Positions 1 to 12,446 of a stretch of 64,000 nt of DNA are shown here, piece by piece. A program made the translations under genes and the position numbers. Position 1 is the first letter of the stretch. Every line of letters begins with the position of its first letter. This DNA comes from Eledone cirrhosa (Eukaryota), in assembly GCA_964016885.1 (NCBI GenBank), contig OZ024743.1, forward strand, positions 10,354,001 through 10,418,000, written 5' to 3'. A model generated the notes under the pieces. The model was not told where the DNA came from, did not search any database, and saw nothing but the letters and a program-made list of their open reading frames with translations.

Positions 1-1548
1 GGGAAGGGGAGAGCTTACCATCAATCACCTCCTCTTCATGGACGATCTTAAGCTCTTCGGGAAAAGTGAGAAGGAGTTGGATGTGCTTGTTGACACTGTC
101 CGTATTTTCAGCAGTGATATATGTATGCAGTTTGGTATTGGTAAATGTGGAGTCATTGTGATGAAGAGGGGTAGGTTGAGCAGAAGTAACGGGATCCAGA
201 TACCAACAGGTGAGATGATAAAGGAAATTGACTCTGAGGAAGGATACAAGTATTTGGGCGTTCTGGAGGCTGATGGCATAAAGAACAAAAACATGAAGGA
301 ATTGTTAAGAACTGAATACATTCGGAGAGTAAGGAGCGTATTGAAGTCACATCTGAACAGCAGAAATGCCATAAACGCAGTAAATTCCCGAGCTGTGTCT
401 ATTATTAGGTACAGTGCGGGAATTCTGAGATGGAATGTTGCTGAACAGAAAGAAATGGATAGGAAGACTAGGAAGCTATTGACTATCTACAACATGTTCC
501 ACAAGAGGAGTGATGTCGATAGACTCTACCTAAGGAGATCTGAGGGTGGAAGAGGTCTTATCAGCATAGAGGACTGTGTTCAGATGGAGAAAAACAACCT
601 ATACAAATACGTGACCTATAGTAAGGAGCCAATGCTCAGAACTGTACTGAAGGAGGGGACAGTAGGCCAGGGGATGTCCAGGGAGGAAATAACATCAAGG
701 AGGAAGAGCAGCCTTAAGGGAAAACCCCTTCATAGTACCTTCTTTGAGAAAACTGAATTTAGAGATCCACAGACATGGAACTGGTTGAGAAGAGGAGACC
801 TCAAAAAGGCTACAGAAGGAATGCTAATGGCTGCGCAGGAGCAGGCCCTCAAAACGAAGTGGTTGAAGCACCATATCTACAAGGAGGAGGCTAGCCCACT
901 GTGCAGGATCTGTGGAGAGAGAGAGGAGACTGTGGCTCACATTGTGTCCGAGTGTAAACACCTAGCCCAGACCCACTATAAGGGCTGGAGACACGATGTG
1001 ATGGGCAGGGTGATCCACTGGCACCTGTGCAAAGTAAACAATCTACCACATTCTGAGAAATGGTATGAGCATAGGCCAGAGGCGGTGATGGAGAACAATC
1101 AGGTGAAGGTGCTGTGGGATTTTAGGATACAGACGGACAAAAAACTGGAACACAATAGACCTGACCTGGTGGTTGTGGACAAAGAAAAAAGATCGTGCCT
1201 GATTGTGGATGTGGCCTGCCCGTTCGACACGAGAGTGCAAGAGAAGGAGAGGGAGAAAATTAACCGATACCAGGACCTAAAGTGGGAGGTGAAAAGGATT
1301 TGGAACTGCCATGAAGTCAAAGTGATCCCGATTGTCATAGGCGCACTGGGGACTATCTCCAAAAGTTTCCAGGGATGGTTAAAGAAAATCGGCCCCTTCA
1401 CGCTTTTTGGAACGCTTCAAAAGGCATGCTTGCTTGGAACAGCAAGAACCCTCCGATACGTCCTGAATATCTGAGGCTGCAGGTAGTGGCTTGATATTCA
1501 ATCCAACGGACTTTCCAGTTAACCAACATCAATGACTGAGATTCAAGG
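1..1548 (+). mobile_element. R4/Dong-type non-LTR retrotransposon (RT C-terminus, CCHC knuckle, restriction-like endonuclease), 3' part; runs off window start
   Basis: Uninterrupted ORF to 1474 with HLLFMDDLKL (RT), CRICGEREETVAHIVSEC knuckle, RHD motif, and RPDLVVVD...IVDVACP...EKINRY (PD-D/ExK) ending in IPIVIGALG. Short 3'UTR is followed by (AAT)n. Confidence 0.9.
38..1474 (+). CDS. RT-RLE polyprotein C-terminal portion (5' incomplete)
   Basis: 478-aa open frame with the RT, zinc-knuckle and RLE motifs above; no stops. Confidence 0.85.
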   Translation: MDDLKLFGKSEKELDVLVDTVRIFSSDICMQFGIGKCGVIVMKRGRLSRSNGIQIPTGEMIKEIDSEEGYKYLGVLEADGIKNKNMKELLRTEYIRRVRSVLKSHLNSRNAINAVNSRAVSIIRYSAGILRWNVAEQKEMDRKTRKLLTIYNMFHKRSDVDRLYLRRSEGGRGLISIEDCVQMEKNNLYKYVTYSKEPMLRTVLKEGTVGQGMSREEITSRRKSSLKGKPLHSTFFEKTEFRDPQTWNWLRRGDLKKATEGMLMAAQEQALKTKWLKHHIYKEEASPLCRICGEREETVAHIVSECKHLAQTHYKGWRHDVMGRVIHWHLCKVNNLPHSEKWYEHRPEAVMENNQVKVLWDFRIQTDKKLEHNRPDLVVVDKEKRSCLIVDVACPFDTRVQEKEREKINRYQDLKWEVKRIWNCHEVKVIPIVIGALGTISKSFQGWLKKIGPFTLFGTLQKACLLGTARTLRYVLNI

Positions 1549-1575
1549 AATAACAATAACAATAATAATAATAAT

Positions 1576-2445
1576 GATTTCTTTATTAACCACAAGGGTT
1601 TACATAAAGTAAACATTAAGGACAGTGCAGGACAATACAGGACGGTACAAATGGGCATTTTTGCGTGTAAAAAACAAAAACAGAGGATGTAACAAAAAAA
1701 AAACAATGAAAAATTCCCCAATAGGGGGAGACTTCGGAGGGACATTTGTGGAGAAAGCCCAGTAAAAGGCCACAGTGACCCTGACCACCAAGGCAAGTGC
1801 CCTCTCCCAGTTTTCCACCTTTAATTTACAGATATATACTCAGAGTAGACCCATTCACTCGGGCCATTCTTGCTTCTCTCACCCATCTTTCAATAAAATG
1901 CTGGGAAGAGAGCACTTCCCTCTCTACTCTGATTTTCCTTTTCAAATGAAATTTGAAAAAGTTAATCAGAGCATCACCGAAGAGGTAAGTGCTCGTCTTC
2001 AGCCCTTTCAAACGTGTCCACCATACTATCTCTTTCGCCATGGCCACCAGACAGATAAAATCTGCCTGCCCTTCCCGGCTAAAGGAGGAGGGCGGGGCAA
2101 TCCTCACGATGGACTCAGATGATAGCCGGATCCGTCCTACACACGACAGCAGGTGTTCGACATAAACCCACAAGTCAGCAATTTTCGGACACTGGACGAG
2201 TGCGTGCAGGACGGTTTCGTCGCCCTGCGCGCATCTCGGACATGCCCGGCTGACGGCACCTCCATGCCTGTAGAATTTATCCCGAACTGGCAAGGCTCCT
2301 CAGTAGCACTGCCAGGCCAGAGATTTCTGGAAGTTGTCCATAGGCCCTGGCCCGAAAGTTCTTCCGAAGAGATTGGCTAGTTGACTTTTGTCGATGCCTA
2401 GAGTTTCCCCAAGTACGTCGTCGCTCTTCCCCGCCACTAATCCTC
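1576..2445 (-). mobile_element. 5'-truncated L1/Tx1-type LINE (ORF2 C-terminal zinc-binding region and 3'UTR)
   Basis: Minus-strand LPVRDK...CPRCAQGDETVLHALVQCPKIADLW (zf-RVT-like). AATAAA just before an (ATT)n tail. TAA repeats on both sides. Confidence 0.8.
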
Positions 2446-2460
2446 TAATAATAATAATAA

Positions 2461-4320
2461 ACTTTTGAATAGTGAAAAGGAATCACTGGAAGCTGGAGAA
2501 GTTAATATTAATTGTGGAATTTTTCAGGGTGACTCTTTATCACCGCTTTTATTCTGCATCGCACTTATACCATTAAGTAAAATGCTCAATTAAACAAAAC
2601 ATGGATATAAAGTTTATGACAAAACCATTAATCACTTGTTCTACATGGATGACCTGAAACTATTTGCAAAAAATTATGAACAATTGCAAGGGCTATTATC
2701 CACTGTGGAGCAGTTCAGTGATGACATTAAAATGGAGTTTGGACTAGATAAATGCGCCAAAGCAACATTCACCAGAGGAAAGCTGCTGAAAAGTTCAGAC
2801 ATTAATCTTGATCGGGGGAATGTGATAAGAGAACTTGATCAAGAGGAAACTTACAAATATCTAGATGTTTGTGAAGGAGACAGAATCAAGCACTCGACAA
2901 TGAGAGAAAGGTAAGGAAGGAATGTTACCGCAGAGTAAGAGCAATCTTAAGAACGGAATTGAATGCAAGGAATAGGATCGATGCCATAAACACGCTTGCC
3001 ATACCAGTAGTAACCTACAGTTACAATGTCATCAACCGGTCAAGCACAGAGATCCGTAGGCTCGATACAAAAATTAGAAAATTCTTAACCATGTACAGAA
3101 TGCATCACCCTAAGGCAGATACAGATAGAATATATCTCCCTAGGAAAGAAGGAGGACGTGGGTTAATCCAGTTAGATATTGCATTGAAAATTGCAACAAT
3201 TGGATTATCTACATATCTAAGGGAATCACATGATTGGATGATCAAACTCGTTTTGAAACATGAAAGCATCAAAAGATCATACTCCATTACAAAAGATGCA
3301 CAAAGATACAGTAATGGACTACACATTTCAGAAGTCCCATTTACTGCTGAAATGGAAAACACAGAAAACGCAAAGCAGGTAAAAGTAACTGCAAAGAAAG
3401 AACTGCTACAGAAACTGGCTAAGAAATGGCAAGAAAAGCCTCTGTATGGAAAATACCCAGAAAGAGCTAACAATCCTGATGTTGACAAAACTTTAACCCA
3501 TCAGTGGTTGGCATCCTCTGGACTGAAATCGGAGACTGAAGGACTGATTATATCAGCACAAGATCAGTGCCTGCCAACAAAAAATTACCAAGCCAACATA
3601 ATAAAAAATGGATGCAACCCATTATGCCGTGTATGTAAAAAACAACCAGAAACCATTGATCATATAATCTCAATGTGCAGTCCTATAGCTCCAACCGAAT
3701 ACCTAAACAGGCATGACAGAGCTGTACAATACATACATTGGATAATGTGTAAGCATTTGACCTGCCCCATCAAAAGAATTGGTGGGAGCATCAACCACCT
3801 CCCATACTTGAAAAAGATCACATCTCAATCTTGTGGAACTTTAGCATCCAAACAGACCGAAAAATAGATGCAAATAGACCTGATATAATACTGAAGGACT
3901 TTAAAAAGAGGGTATGCCTGCTAATTGATATGTCCGTTCCAATAGACAAGAATGTATCTATAAAAAAATTTGAAAAATTGAGCAAGTATAAGGACCTGGA
4001 GATAGAAATTGGAAAATGTGAAATTGAGAACTAAAACAATACCAGTGGTTGTAGGCGCTCTAGGAATGATACCTAAGGGGTCTAATGATTACTTATCGCA
4101 AATCCCAGGAAACCCGCATATAGGAGAAATACAAAAGATAGTACTAATGGGAACTGCCCATATACTAAGGAAGATTCTGTCAATATAAGTACATCACAAG
4201 TCTAAACACCTAAAGATGCATGTGTGTGTATGTATGTTCTTTCTTGAACATGGCGGACCTTGTTGTCTCTTGAGGTCACTGGTTGTGACTTGGTGATAAC
4301 TCGTATGAACATAAAGCAAT
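2461..4320 (+). mobile_element. Degenerate, 5'-truncated R4/Dong-type retrotransposon (second family)
   Basis: GIFQGDSLSPLLF and HLFYMDDLKLFA RT motifs, CRVCKKQPETIDHIISMC, RHD and RPDIILKD..LIDMSVP, broken by stops and frameshifts (ORFs 2636-2914, 2959-3867, 3831-4034). Confidence 0.88.
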
Positions 4321-4323
4321 AAT

Positions 4324-4400
4324 ATTGTTTCTACTTTTGGCACAAGGCCAGCAATAACCCAGTGCATTACTGGTACTTTATTTTATCGCCCCATAAGGAC
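4324..4400 (-). mobile_element. tRNA-derived SINE family 1, 3' fragment
   Basis: Matches the 3' end of fuller copies at 18111, 29190 and 32568. Confidence 0.7.
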
Positions 4401-5004
4401 TGTGACTGCTAGGGCAAGTGCCCCGTCCCAGTTGTCCTCCAATCTATAGGTGTATACTCAAGGCAGGCCCATTCCCTTGGCTCATGCTCATCACTTTCAC
4501 CCATCTTTCAACAAACTGGTTGGAAGGTTGCCCTTTGGTCTCCAACCACAGGTCAAATAGTGTAACTATTTGACCTGTGTTCTATTTTTTCTCTAAAAGC
4601 TACATGGTAGTTCTACATGTTTTCTTGTGTTCAAATAATCAAAACTTTCATGAAAGATGGTTATCAAAATGTAAAATTTCCTAGGCAATAGACTAACAGT
4701 TTTAGTTTTACATAACCACTGTCATTTTACTTCAAGATTTTAATTTGTTTAAACATTTATATTATTTAAACATAATGAGACAAGCATAAAGGATAATTTC
4801 TCTATACTAGATATTTTGTTTTGATTGGATACGATGGTTTTAATTATAACTATTTATAGCATTGAAATATTTCTCAAGGTTGTATTCTGCATGAAGGACA
4901 TATAGATAAATCTGTCTAATATATGTAATATACATATGATAATATGTATATTATATGTAATATACATATGATAAATCTGGCTAATATATGTAATCTGGCT
5001 AATA

Positions 5005-5488
5005 TCTCCTTATAATATATAACCAGCAATTTCTCTGTCTGTCTGTCCGACAGTGGAAACACGTGCGCGCGTGCGAATGTTTTTTGCGCACGCGTAGAGA
5101 GAGAGTGAGAGTGAAAGAAAGAGACAGACTACGAGAGGGGGATAGCGGGAGGGAGAGAGGGAGAGAGAGAGTGAATAGACGCTAAAACACGTGCGCGCGT
5201 GCGAATGTTTTTTGCGCACGCGTAGAGAGGGAGTGAGAGTGAAAGAAAGAGACAGACTACAAGTGGGGGATAGCGGGAGGGAGAGAGGGGGAATTGAGGA
5301 GTGCTACAGAAACATATATACATTTCTGTGTGTGTGTAATATATATATATATACACACACAGAAATATATATACATTTCTGTGTGTGTAATATATATATA
5401 TATACACACAGAAATATATATACATTTCTGTGTGTGTAATATATATATATACTAGCAGAAAACCACCCGGTGGGTGGTTTTTTGCTAG
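5005..5488 (+). mobile_element. Non-autonomous Helitron-like element 1
   Basis: A|TC 5' start, (GTCT)n subterminal microsatellite, internal ~130-bp and ~44-bp tandem units, 3' hairpin ACCACCC-GGT-GGGTGGT then CTAG|T. Confidence 0.65.
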
Positions 5489-6304
5489 TCTGTATATATA
5501 TAAAATTAAGTATGTGTGTGTGTCTGTGTGTCTGTGTATTACCTATAGGGGCCTACATCTTACGACCGATTTTCATGAAACTTTACAGGCTCATAGATTA
5601 GTCATCGGGAAGTGTTTTCTATATATCAGCGTATCGTTCTTTTATTCCGGGGTCATTCTGCAGATAAAAATCGATAGGGGAGGGGGGGACACTTTTTTTT
5701 AGGTATCGAAAAATACGATCTTTGGCTCTAGTTCCCACATTTTGCCACCGATTTCGTTCAAATTTTAAAGAAAAATAGAATTTATCATTGCACATCCTGT
5801 AATGGCTTTATATTTTGCATTTGTTGTTCAGGGCCGGCATGGCAGCCGCTTAAATATTCAAAAATACCACTTTTAGACTCAAATTTCCACTTTTTGGGCT
5901 CTAGTTCCCACATTAATCAACCTACTTTGTTCAAATTTTACACTACGCTCGATCTGATTATTTCACGTCTTAAGTGGCTTTACATTTTGGATTTTTTGTT
6001 CAGGAACGGCGTGGCAGCCGCTTAAATATTCGAAAATACCACCTTTTTGCTCAAATTTCCGCCTTTTCGGCTCTAGCTCCTACATTTTTCAACCGATTTC
6101 GTTCAAATTCGAAACTTCCTCCCCCAGAATGCCCCTTCGTCAGTCACCCGCGTTTCCCAGTGATAGAGGTCATCACCACCCTCCCCCGCATGGCCTGTGT
6201 GTGGCCATAGATGAGTCATCGAGAAGCAGTTGCTAAGATCAACACCTTTTCATCAAAGCAGATATTATTTTACCTACCCAGGCAACGCTGAGTACTGCTA
6301 CTAG
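5489..6304 (+). mobile_element. Non-autonomous Helitron-like element 2
   Basis: TC start, GTGTCT repeats, CCGATTTTCATGAAACTT motif, three ~170-bp internal repeats (GGCTCTAGTTCCCACATT), 3' hairpin ACCCAGGCAACGCTGAGT then CTAG|T. Confidence 0.7.
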
Positions 6305-6595
6305 TATGTAATATACGAAGTTGGAATCAATTGAAACTACACTTTTAATGAGACAAAAATTCATTAACATTAACAATTCTTATCAAGAGAAGTGAAAATA
6401 ATAACACCAAAATGTAATTTAATTAAAATCATATAGTGTGTGCAACAACTAACAAATATAGGCATGAAGAATTTTGTTCAATACCAACTTGGATCAGAAA
6501 TAAGACTTATTCAAATTACTATTTATTGTGATTTAGTTGAATATGTTTCATCCCTCATTACGTCGGACACCATACTTTGCGCCATAGTTACATCC

Positions 6596-6753
6596 CTTTA
6601 TATTTTGAGCTCAACTCCTGCTGAGGTTAGCTTTGCCTTTCATCCTTATGGGGGTCGATAAAATAAAGCACCAGTAATGCACTGGGGTCAATTTAATTGA
6701 CTTTCCCTTCCCCTTCAAATTGCTGGTCTTATGCCTAAAGTAGAAACAATTAT
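6596..6753 (+). mobile_element. SINE family 1, 5'-truncated
   Basis: TTTGCCTTTCATCCTTA.GGGGTCGATAAAATAAAG core shared with other copies; ends GTAGAAACAATTATT. Confidence 0.75.
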
Positions 6754-8696
6754 TTTGGCAGCAGCTTCTTTAACTCCTTCACCTTTGAAGATGTTATCAC
6801 CAACTGACCATGAACAGGCAGTAAATGTTTCATGCACCTTTCACACTATGTCTTTTGTAACTCTAACTAAAAAAAACATGTTTGATGTATCAGGTATGTG
6901 TGATCACCAAATTGCTTTATGGCAGTCATACATGAACAACATATAACATCAAATACATTAACATTTGCGATTTCATCAAACAATCTTGTGATCAGTTGTG
7001 AGCATGAAATGAGATGACTATGTCACAAACAACAACGTACTTGCAAGGAAAACAATTGGAAAACATCAACTCCAATGATTAGGACTTTTTAAATAGAATG
7101 CCAATGTCAAGAAGATCCAAACTGATTGTGTAATCTGAAAAAAGTCACAGTTTAAGAGGGGCATTTAAGTCACATACTCATAACACCATCAACATCATGT
7201 CTTTAGTCACCATCCAACTTACAATCTGAGAAAATGTAGCTAAACACTGTAAGATTTGGAGGCAAACATACAGAAGAGCTATTGCTGTGAATCAAATTTG
7301 ACATTAAAAAAACCTGAAGAAAATAAAAATACAAAAGAGGGAAAAAAAAGTTCAACAATGACTTCTGAGAGAAGGGACATCACTGAGACTTCTTTGCCAA
7401 TTCTACAAAAAATAATTCCCCCCAAACATCAGAAGGAACAATTTTTATAATAAGCAAATATATTTGAGTTGATAGATTTGTAAAATAAAAATATGACATG
7501 TTAACATTTTTACTGTTGAGGCAAGATAACACAATATTTAAGACTTTTTGGCGTCCTGGATTTATTGAATGAAATACAATTTGAATATAGGCTGCATTGC
7601 ATAGAAAATATAGCTAAAAAATAGACTTGGATTGTTTGATTTCTTTCTTAATCTTTTTACTCTATGGAGAAACAGTTTTTGAGATATCATTTTTGGAGAT
7701 ATATTTCTGAATAAGTAGGAAATATTGATCCAGTTATTAATCTCATATTTTATATTTGTATATATCCTAAGTTTTGTATCACTACATTCATCAACCTTCT
7801 TCAAAGTTCATAGACACACACACATGTGAACAGACTTACACATGCACACACACACACACATATAAATATATATAAAATTTTGTCTACTAGTAACATGAAT
7901 AAACTCAATTAATCAAAGTTTTCTCATATCACTTTATTGCTTATGTGAGATCTAACTATATTTATATTTGGAAGAACAATTCACTGGCTTACTCACCTTC
8001 ACTCATATTGTTGATATTTATAATCAATGCCACTATATTACCACTATCACTTCTTAATCTTGCCAACTGAGTATATATGCTTCCCTGAAAAGTTCTAATA
8101 AGACCAAAACATATTAATACTTTCACCAGTTGATTTTAAAGTTGTACTTCCATCTGCATCATTCATATTTTCTAAAAGATTTAATTAGTTGATTTTATCT
8201 TTTATTCTTTTTAAATTCTAAAGATCCCTTGTGGGAGTTTGTTTCTAATAATTGCATGAAAAAACACACTTGATCGAAGTTTTTTCCATTTAATCTTTTG
8301 AACATGTAAGGTTATACTGTATCAATGGAATTAACATTGAATATGTGACCTACATCCTAAACAGCTATTCAAAGATATCATTAGAATAATATAGTGACCT
8401 AAGCACCATACAATGCAATCAATAGAAAATATATTCTGGAAGATCCAAATAGGAATTTACAGTTATATGGAATGCATAATCAGAGGTAATATGAATAAAA
8501 TACTGATGAAAATTTATCCGTCCATTCATGAGCCTTTAACTTCTGTGAGGAGGTCATAGTAGTACTGTCATGATTATACTTGGGTAATTGAACCTGGCAG
8601 GGTTCCTCACTCTCCAGGTATGAATGCATTGAATTTCTTCTCGAGACAGAAATGAGATAGAGAGGGGGAAGTGAAAAAAAGATATAGTGGAAGAAT

Positions 8697-8830
8697 CAAT
8701 CCCAGTATTAGACTGGTGTTTTATCTATCAATCTTAAAAGGATGAAAGACAAAGTTGACCTCAGTGGAATTTGATCTCAGAGCACAGAGAACCAGAAGAA
8801 AAATATCACAAAGTATTCAAGGAATCTACC
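8697..8830 (-). mobile_element. Older SINE family 1-related copy
   Basis: AGGATGAAAGACAAAGTTGACCTCAGTGGAATTTGA matches the family core. Confidence 0.55.
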
Positions 8831-9162
8831 AATTTGTTGAAACATTCTTGTCAAAAGTTCTGTAGAATATATGTGTAATAGACAAGACATTGATCTGAGT
8901 AAGAGAAAAGAAAGTGCGTGCCGTAGTGGGAATCAGTTGTCCAGTATGATGTTAAAGATTAAAGAAATAGAAATATGAAAAGCTAATGAGATATCTGCAG
9001 ATATTGCTCTTTGCCTATAACCCTAAATATACATTTCTAATTATTGAGAAACTGAGCTTCACAAGACTAGAATGGACATGATTTATCTGGAAATTATTCT
9101 TGCATGTCATACATGGAACTGTAGAAATATGTAAAACACTCCAGAAGTTTAAACTCTAGTAC

Positions 9163-9300
<138 letters not shown>

Positions 9301-9322
9301 AGTTTATCCCAGGTTCAATCAG

Positions 9323-9373
9323 GGCTTCCTGATGATTTCTCCAGAATGAAACAGTTCCAGTCCTGTAGAAGCC
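9323..9373 (+). ncRNA. Type I hammerhead ribozyme in a small microsatellite-flanked PLE-type terminal fragment
   Basis: Stem I GGCTTC/GAAGCC, core CTGATGA, stem II TTC-TCCA-GAA, GAAA, stem III CAG/CTG, GTA cleavage triplet. Confidence 0.75.
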
Positions 9374-9386
9374 ATTTCTATATTAA

Positions 9387-9422
<36 letters not shown>

Positions 9423-9507
9423 ATAATAATAAATTTGAAGACTAAAATCCAAAGAGGGCTCGATAAGGATAAATATATATCAGATATATAAGAACCGTAG
9501 AGCAAAT

Positions 9508-11302
9508 ATTTCCCGTCTTTCCACCAACGAGCGTATTTTCAACGACCATTCCACTTATTACAATGAAGCTCTTGCTCGAAGTGGATTTGTCGATAAGGTA
9601 GCATATACTGAGTACGAAAATAGACCTAGAAGAAATAAATCCCGTCGCATTTGTTGGTATAACCCACCATATGATATGGAGGTGGCCACACCATTAGCTA
9701 AGATCTTTCTTTCCCTTATTACGAGGCATTTTCCCCCTACACATAAATATAGTAAAATTTTTAATAGAAATACTATTAAAATTTCTTACTCTACGACTCC
9801 TAACCTTGCACATAACATCACAGCTTCAAGTTTATCTAAACTACCTAGCCGTAGGAACACGTGCAACCCTGTAGTTAGTACTAACTGTAATTGTAGGAAT
9901 CGGGTTGATTGCCCCCTATCCGGGAAATGCCTCTCTAGTAACTTTGTCTACAAATGTAAGGTTGTAACACCCACGTCCCGTAGGGCCTACATAGGGTTAA
10001 CCGCCAATAGATTCAAGCAGCGTCTTTACATGCATACCCATTCTTTTCGTTACCCTCTAAGAAGGAATATGACGTCACTTTCAGCTTATATCTGGAGTCT
10101 AAAAGACAACCACACCCAATATAAGTTACACTGGGAGATCCTAGCTAGGGCTAGATCGTATAACGGAAATAAAAGACCATGTGGCCTCTGCGCCGCTGAG
10201 GCACTGGAAATACTCTACGCCACAGACCACATCTTAAACAAAAAATCTGAGGCAATTTCGGCTTGTAAACATAAATTGCATAAAACTTTCCTGTATTACA
10301 GCCCCACGTTATACCCTAACGGATAGTACGATCTATACGTGGATATTTTACGTCTCGATGTGGGAGCTAAGTATATGTTTTGTTTATACCTTTACTTATT
10401 TGCATAGGTAAGTATATATTATCCGTATGTTTTGTGAAGGTACGTATACCTTCTCGTACGTATATTTGATTGTTATGGCGTATAATTTTTTTATATATTC
10501 TGGTACATATGGTTCGGCTATGTGTATACGGGAGTTTTGCGTCTGTGTGAGTATGCAGGTTCGTACGTATGTAGTGCGTGTGTATATGTGTACTTCATGT
10601 TTTGGTTGACTTACGTCTCCGAACATTCGTGTATTTACATGTAGGTATGTGTGTGCGCTTGTTATATACGTATTTATTTATTTATATACGTTTATATAAT
10701 TATTTATTTATTTGTATACACGCTTACAAACACACACATATTTATGTGCGTGGTTTTGTTTACCTATGGTAAGTTTTTGCGTATGCTTGTGTATGTACGT
10801 TTTTGTTTGCGTGTATGTATTTATTTATTTCTATTACTTCTGTATTGTATTTATTTACTTTGTTCTTAACTCCGTAGCGGAGATTCATTCGGTCTCCTAG
10901 TTAGAATTTAGTCTACGACTTCTGCTATACCATTTACGTGGTTTTGTCTTTGCGTGCTATTGTTCTCCACACTCCACATATGACGTATTATCTTCGTTTT
11001 TTTCGTTCATTGCCAGAGAACGTCTCTATGCACCACCTAAGAGAACATTAGTCTACGACCTCTTTTATACCATAAACGTGGTTCTGTCTTTGCGCGTAAT
11101 TGTTTTATATTCGTTTTTTCCCGTTCTTAGCCAGCGAACGTATCCACGAACCAAAGTATCGTCCTCCTGTCTTCCTCCGGCTGCAACGTTTTTTGAAATA
11201 TCCAGTTCTGCGTTTACAGATTGACTTTGTTAGTTTCAGAAGATCCCGTTAAGGGTGAAAGCAGCGATTCTTTGCTTAAACTTTAATCTGTTATTTTAAT
11301 AA
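9508..11302 (+). mobile_element. Penelope-like element (probably Naiad-type), 5'-truncated: RT thumb, Cys-rich linker, GIY-YIG endonuclease, long 3'UTR
   Basis: Open frame 9508-10326: WYNPPY..KIFNRNTIKISYS, CNCRNRVDCPLSGKC, FVYKC..AYIGLT..FKQR, CGLCAAE..LNKKSE. Flanked by (TA)n; hammerhead-like fold at the 3' end. Confidence 0.85.
11232..11282 (+). ncRNA. Hammerhead ribozyme variant at PLE 3' end
   Basis: Stem I AGTTT/AAACT, core CAGAAGA (U4A variant), stem II CCC/GGG, GAAA, stem III GCA/TGC, then TT. Confidence 0.55.
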
Positions 11303-11500
<198 letters not shown>

Positions 11501-12043
11501 ATGATAATAATGGAGCTGTGGCGTTGCAAATGGGTTACATGTGAAAAAGTTTGTCCTTCATCAGTGATCTTCCAACCATCATAGGCATTTCATCGCTTTA
11601 AAGACCATATACCTCAGGTTGGTGCGAGCAACGGCTAAAAAAAGTCGTTGGGACACGTAAATAAAGGGAACGCGAGGGTAAACAAACAAAATGGTTTAAG
11701 CAACAGAAAGTGATGAAGAAAGAGACAAGTCCCAGATTTCTATGAATTTAAATTCGGTGAAATCGTGAACGAGAGAATAAAGACCATCAAACCTGGTTGA
11801 AATGTGAGCAAGGAAGAAATTTCGCACAGGTCTAACGGGGGAAGAAGGGGTCTGGTCTGCGAATTCGTTAAACATAAGTTCTGTGAAATCGTAGACGAGA
11901 GAGAGAAAAAAAATTCATACCAGCTTGGCCAGAAAGAGGAGGAGGAGAGGTAGTGACAGAGAATGAGTGAGTGAAGGGTGAGGAAGAGGCTAACAGAGAG
12001 AGAGACTGCTAGAAAGGGTAAATATATATATATATATATATAT

Positions 12044-12446
<403 letters not shown>

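Noticed and set aside
7997-8084. Candidate minus-strand exon (TTTCAG...GTGAGT); similar candidates at ~56846-56909 (minus) and ending ~28069 (plus)
   Set aside because: Splice-like signals alone, with no recognisable protein or linked exon chain; needs RNA-seq.
9508-10326. Selenocysteine recoding as reported for some Naiad elements
   Set aside because: No in-frame TGA in the visible frame; conserved Cys are normal codons.
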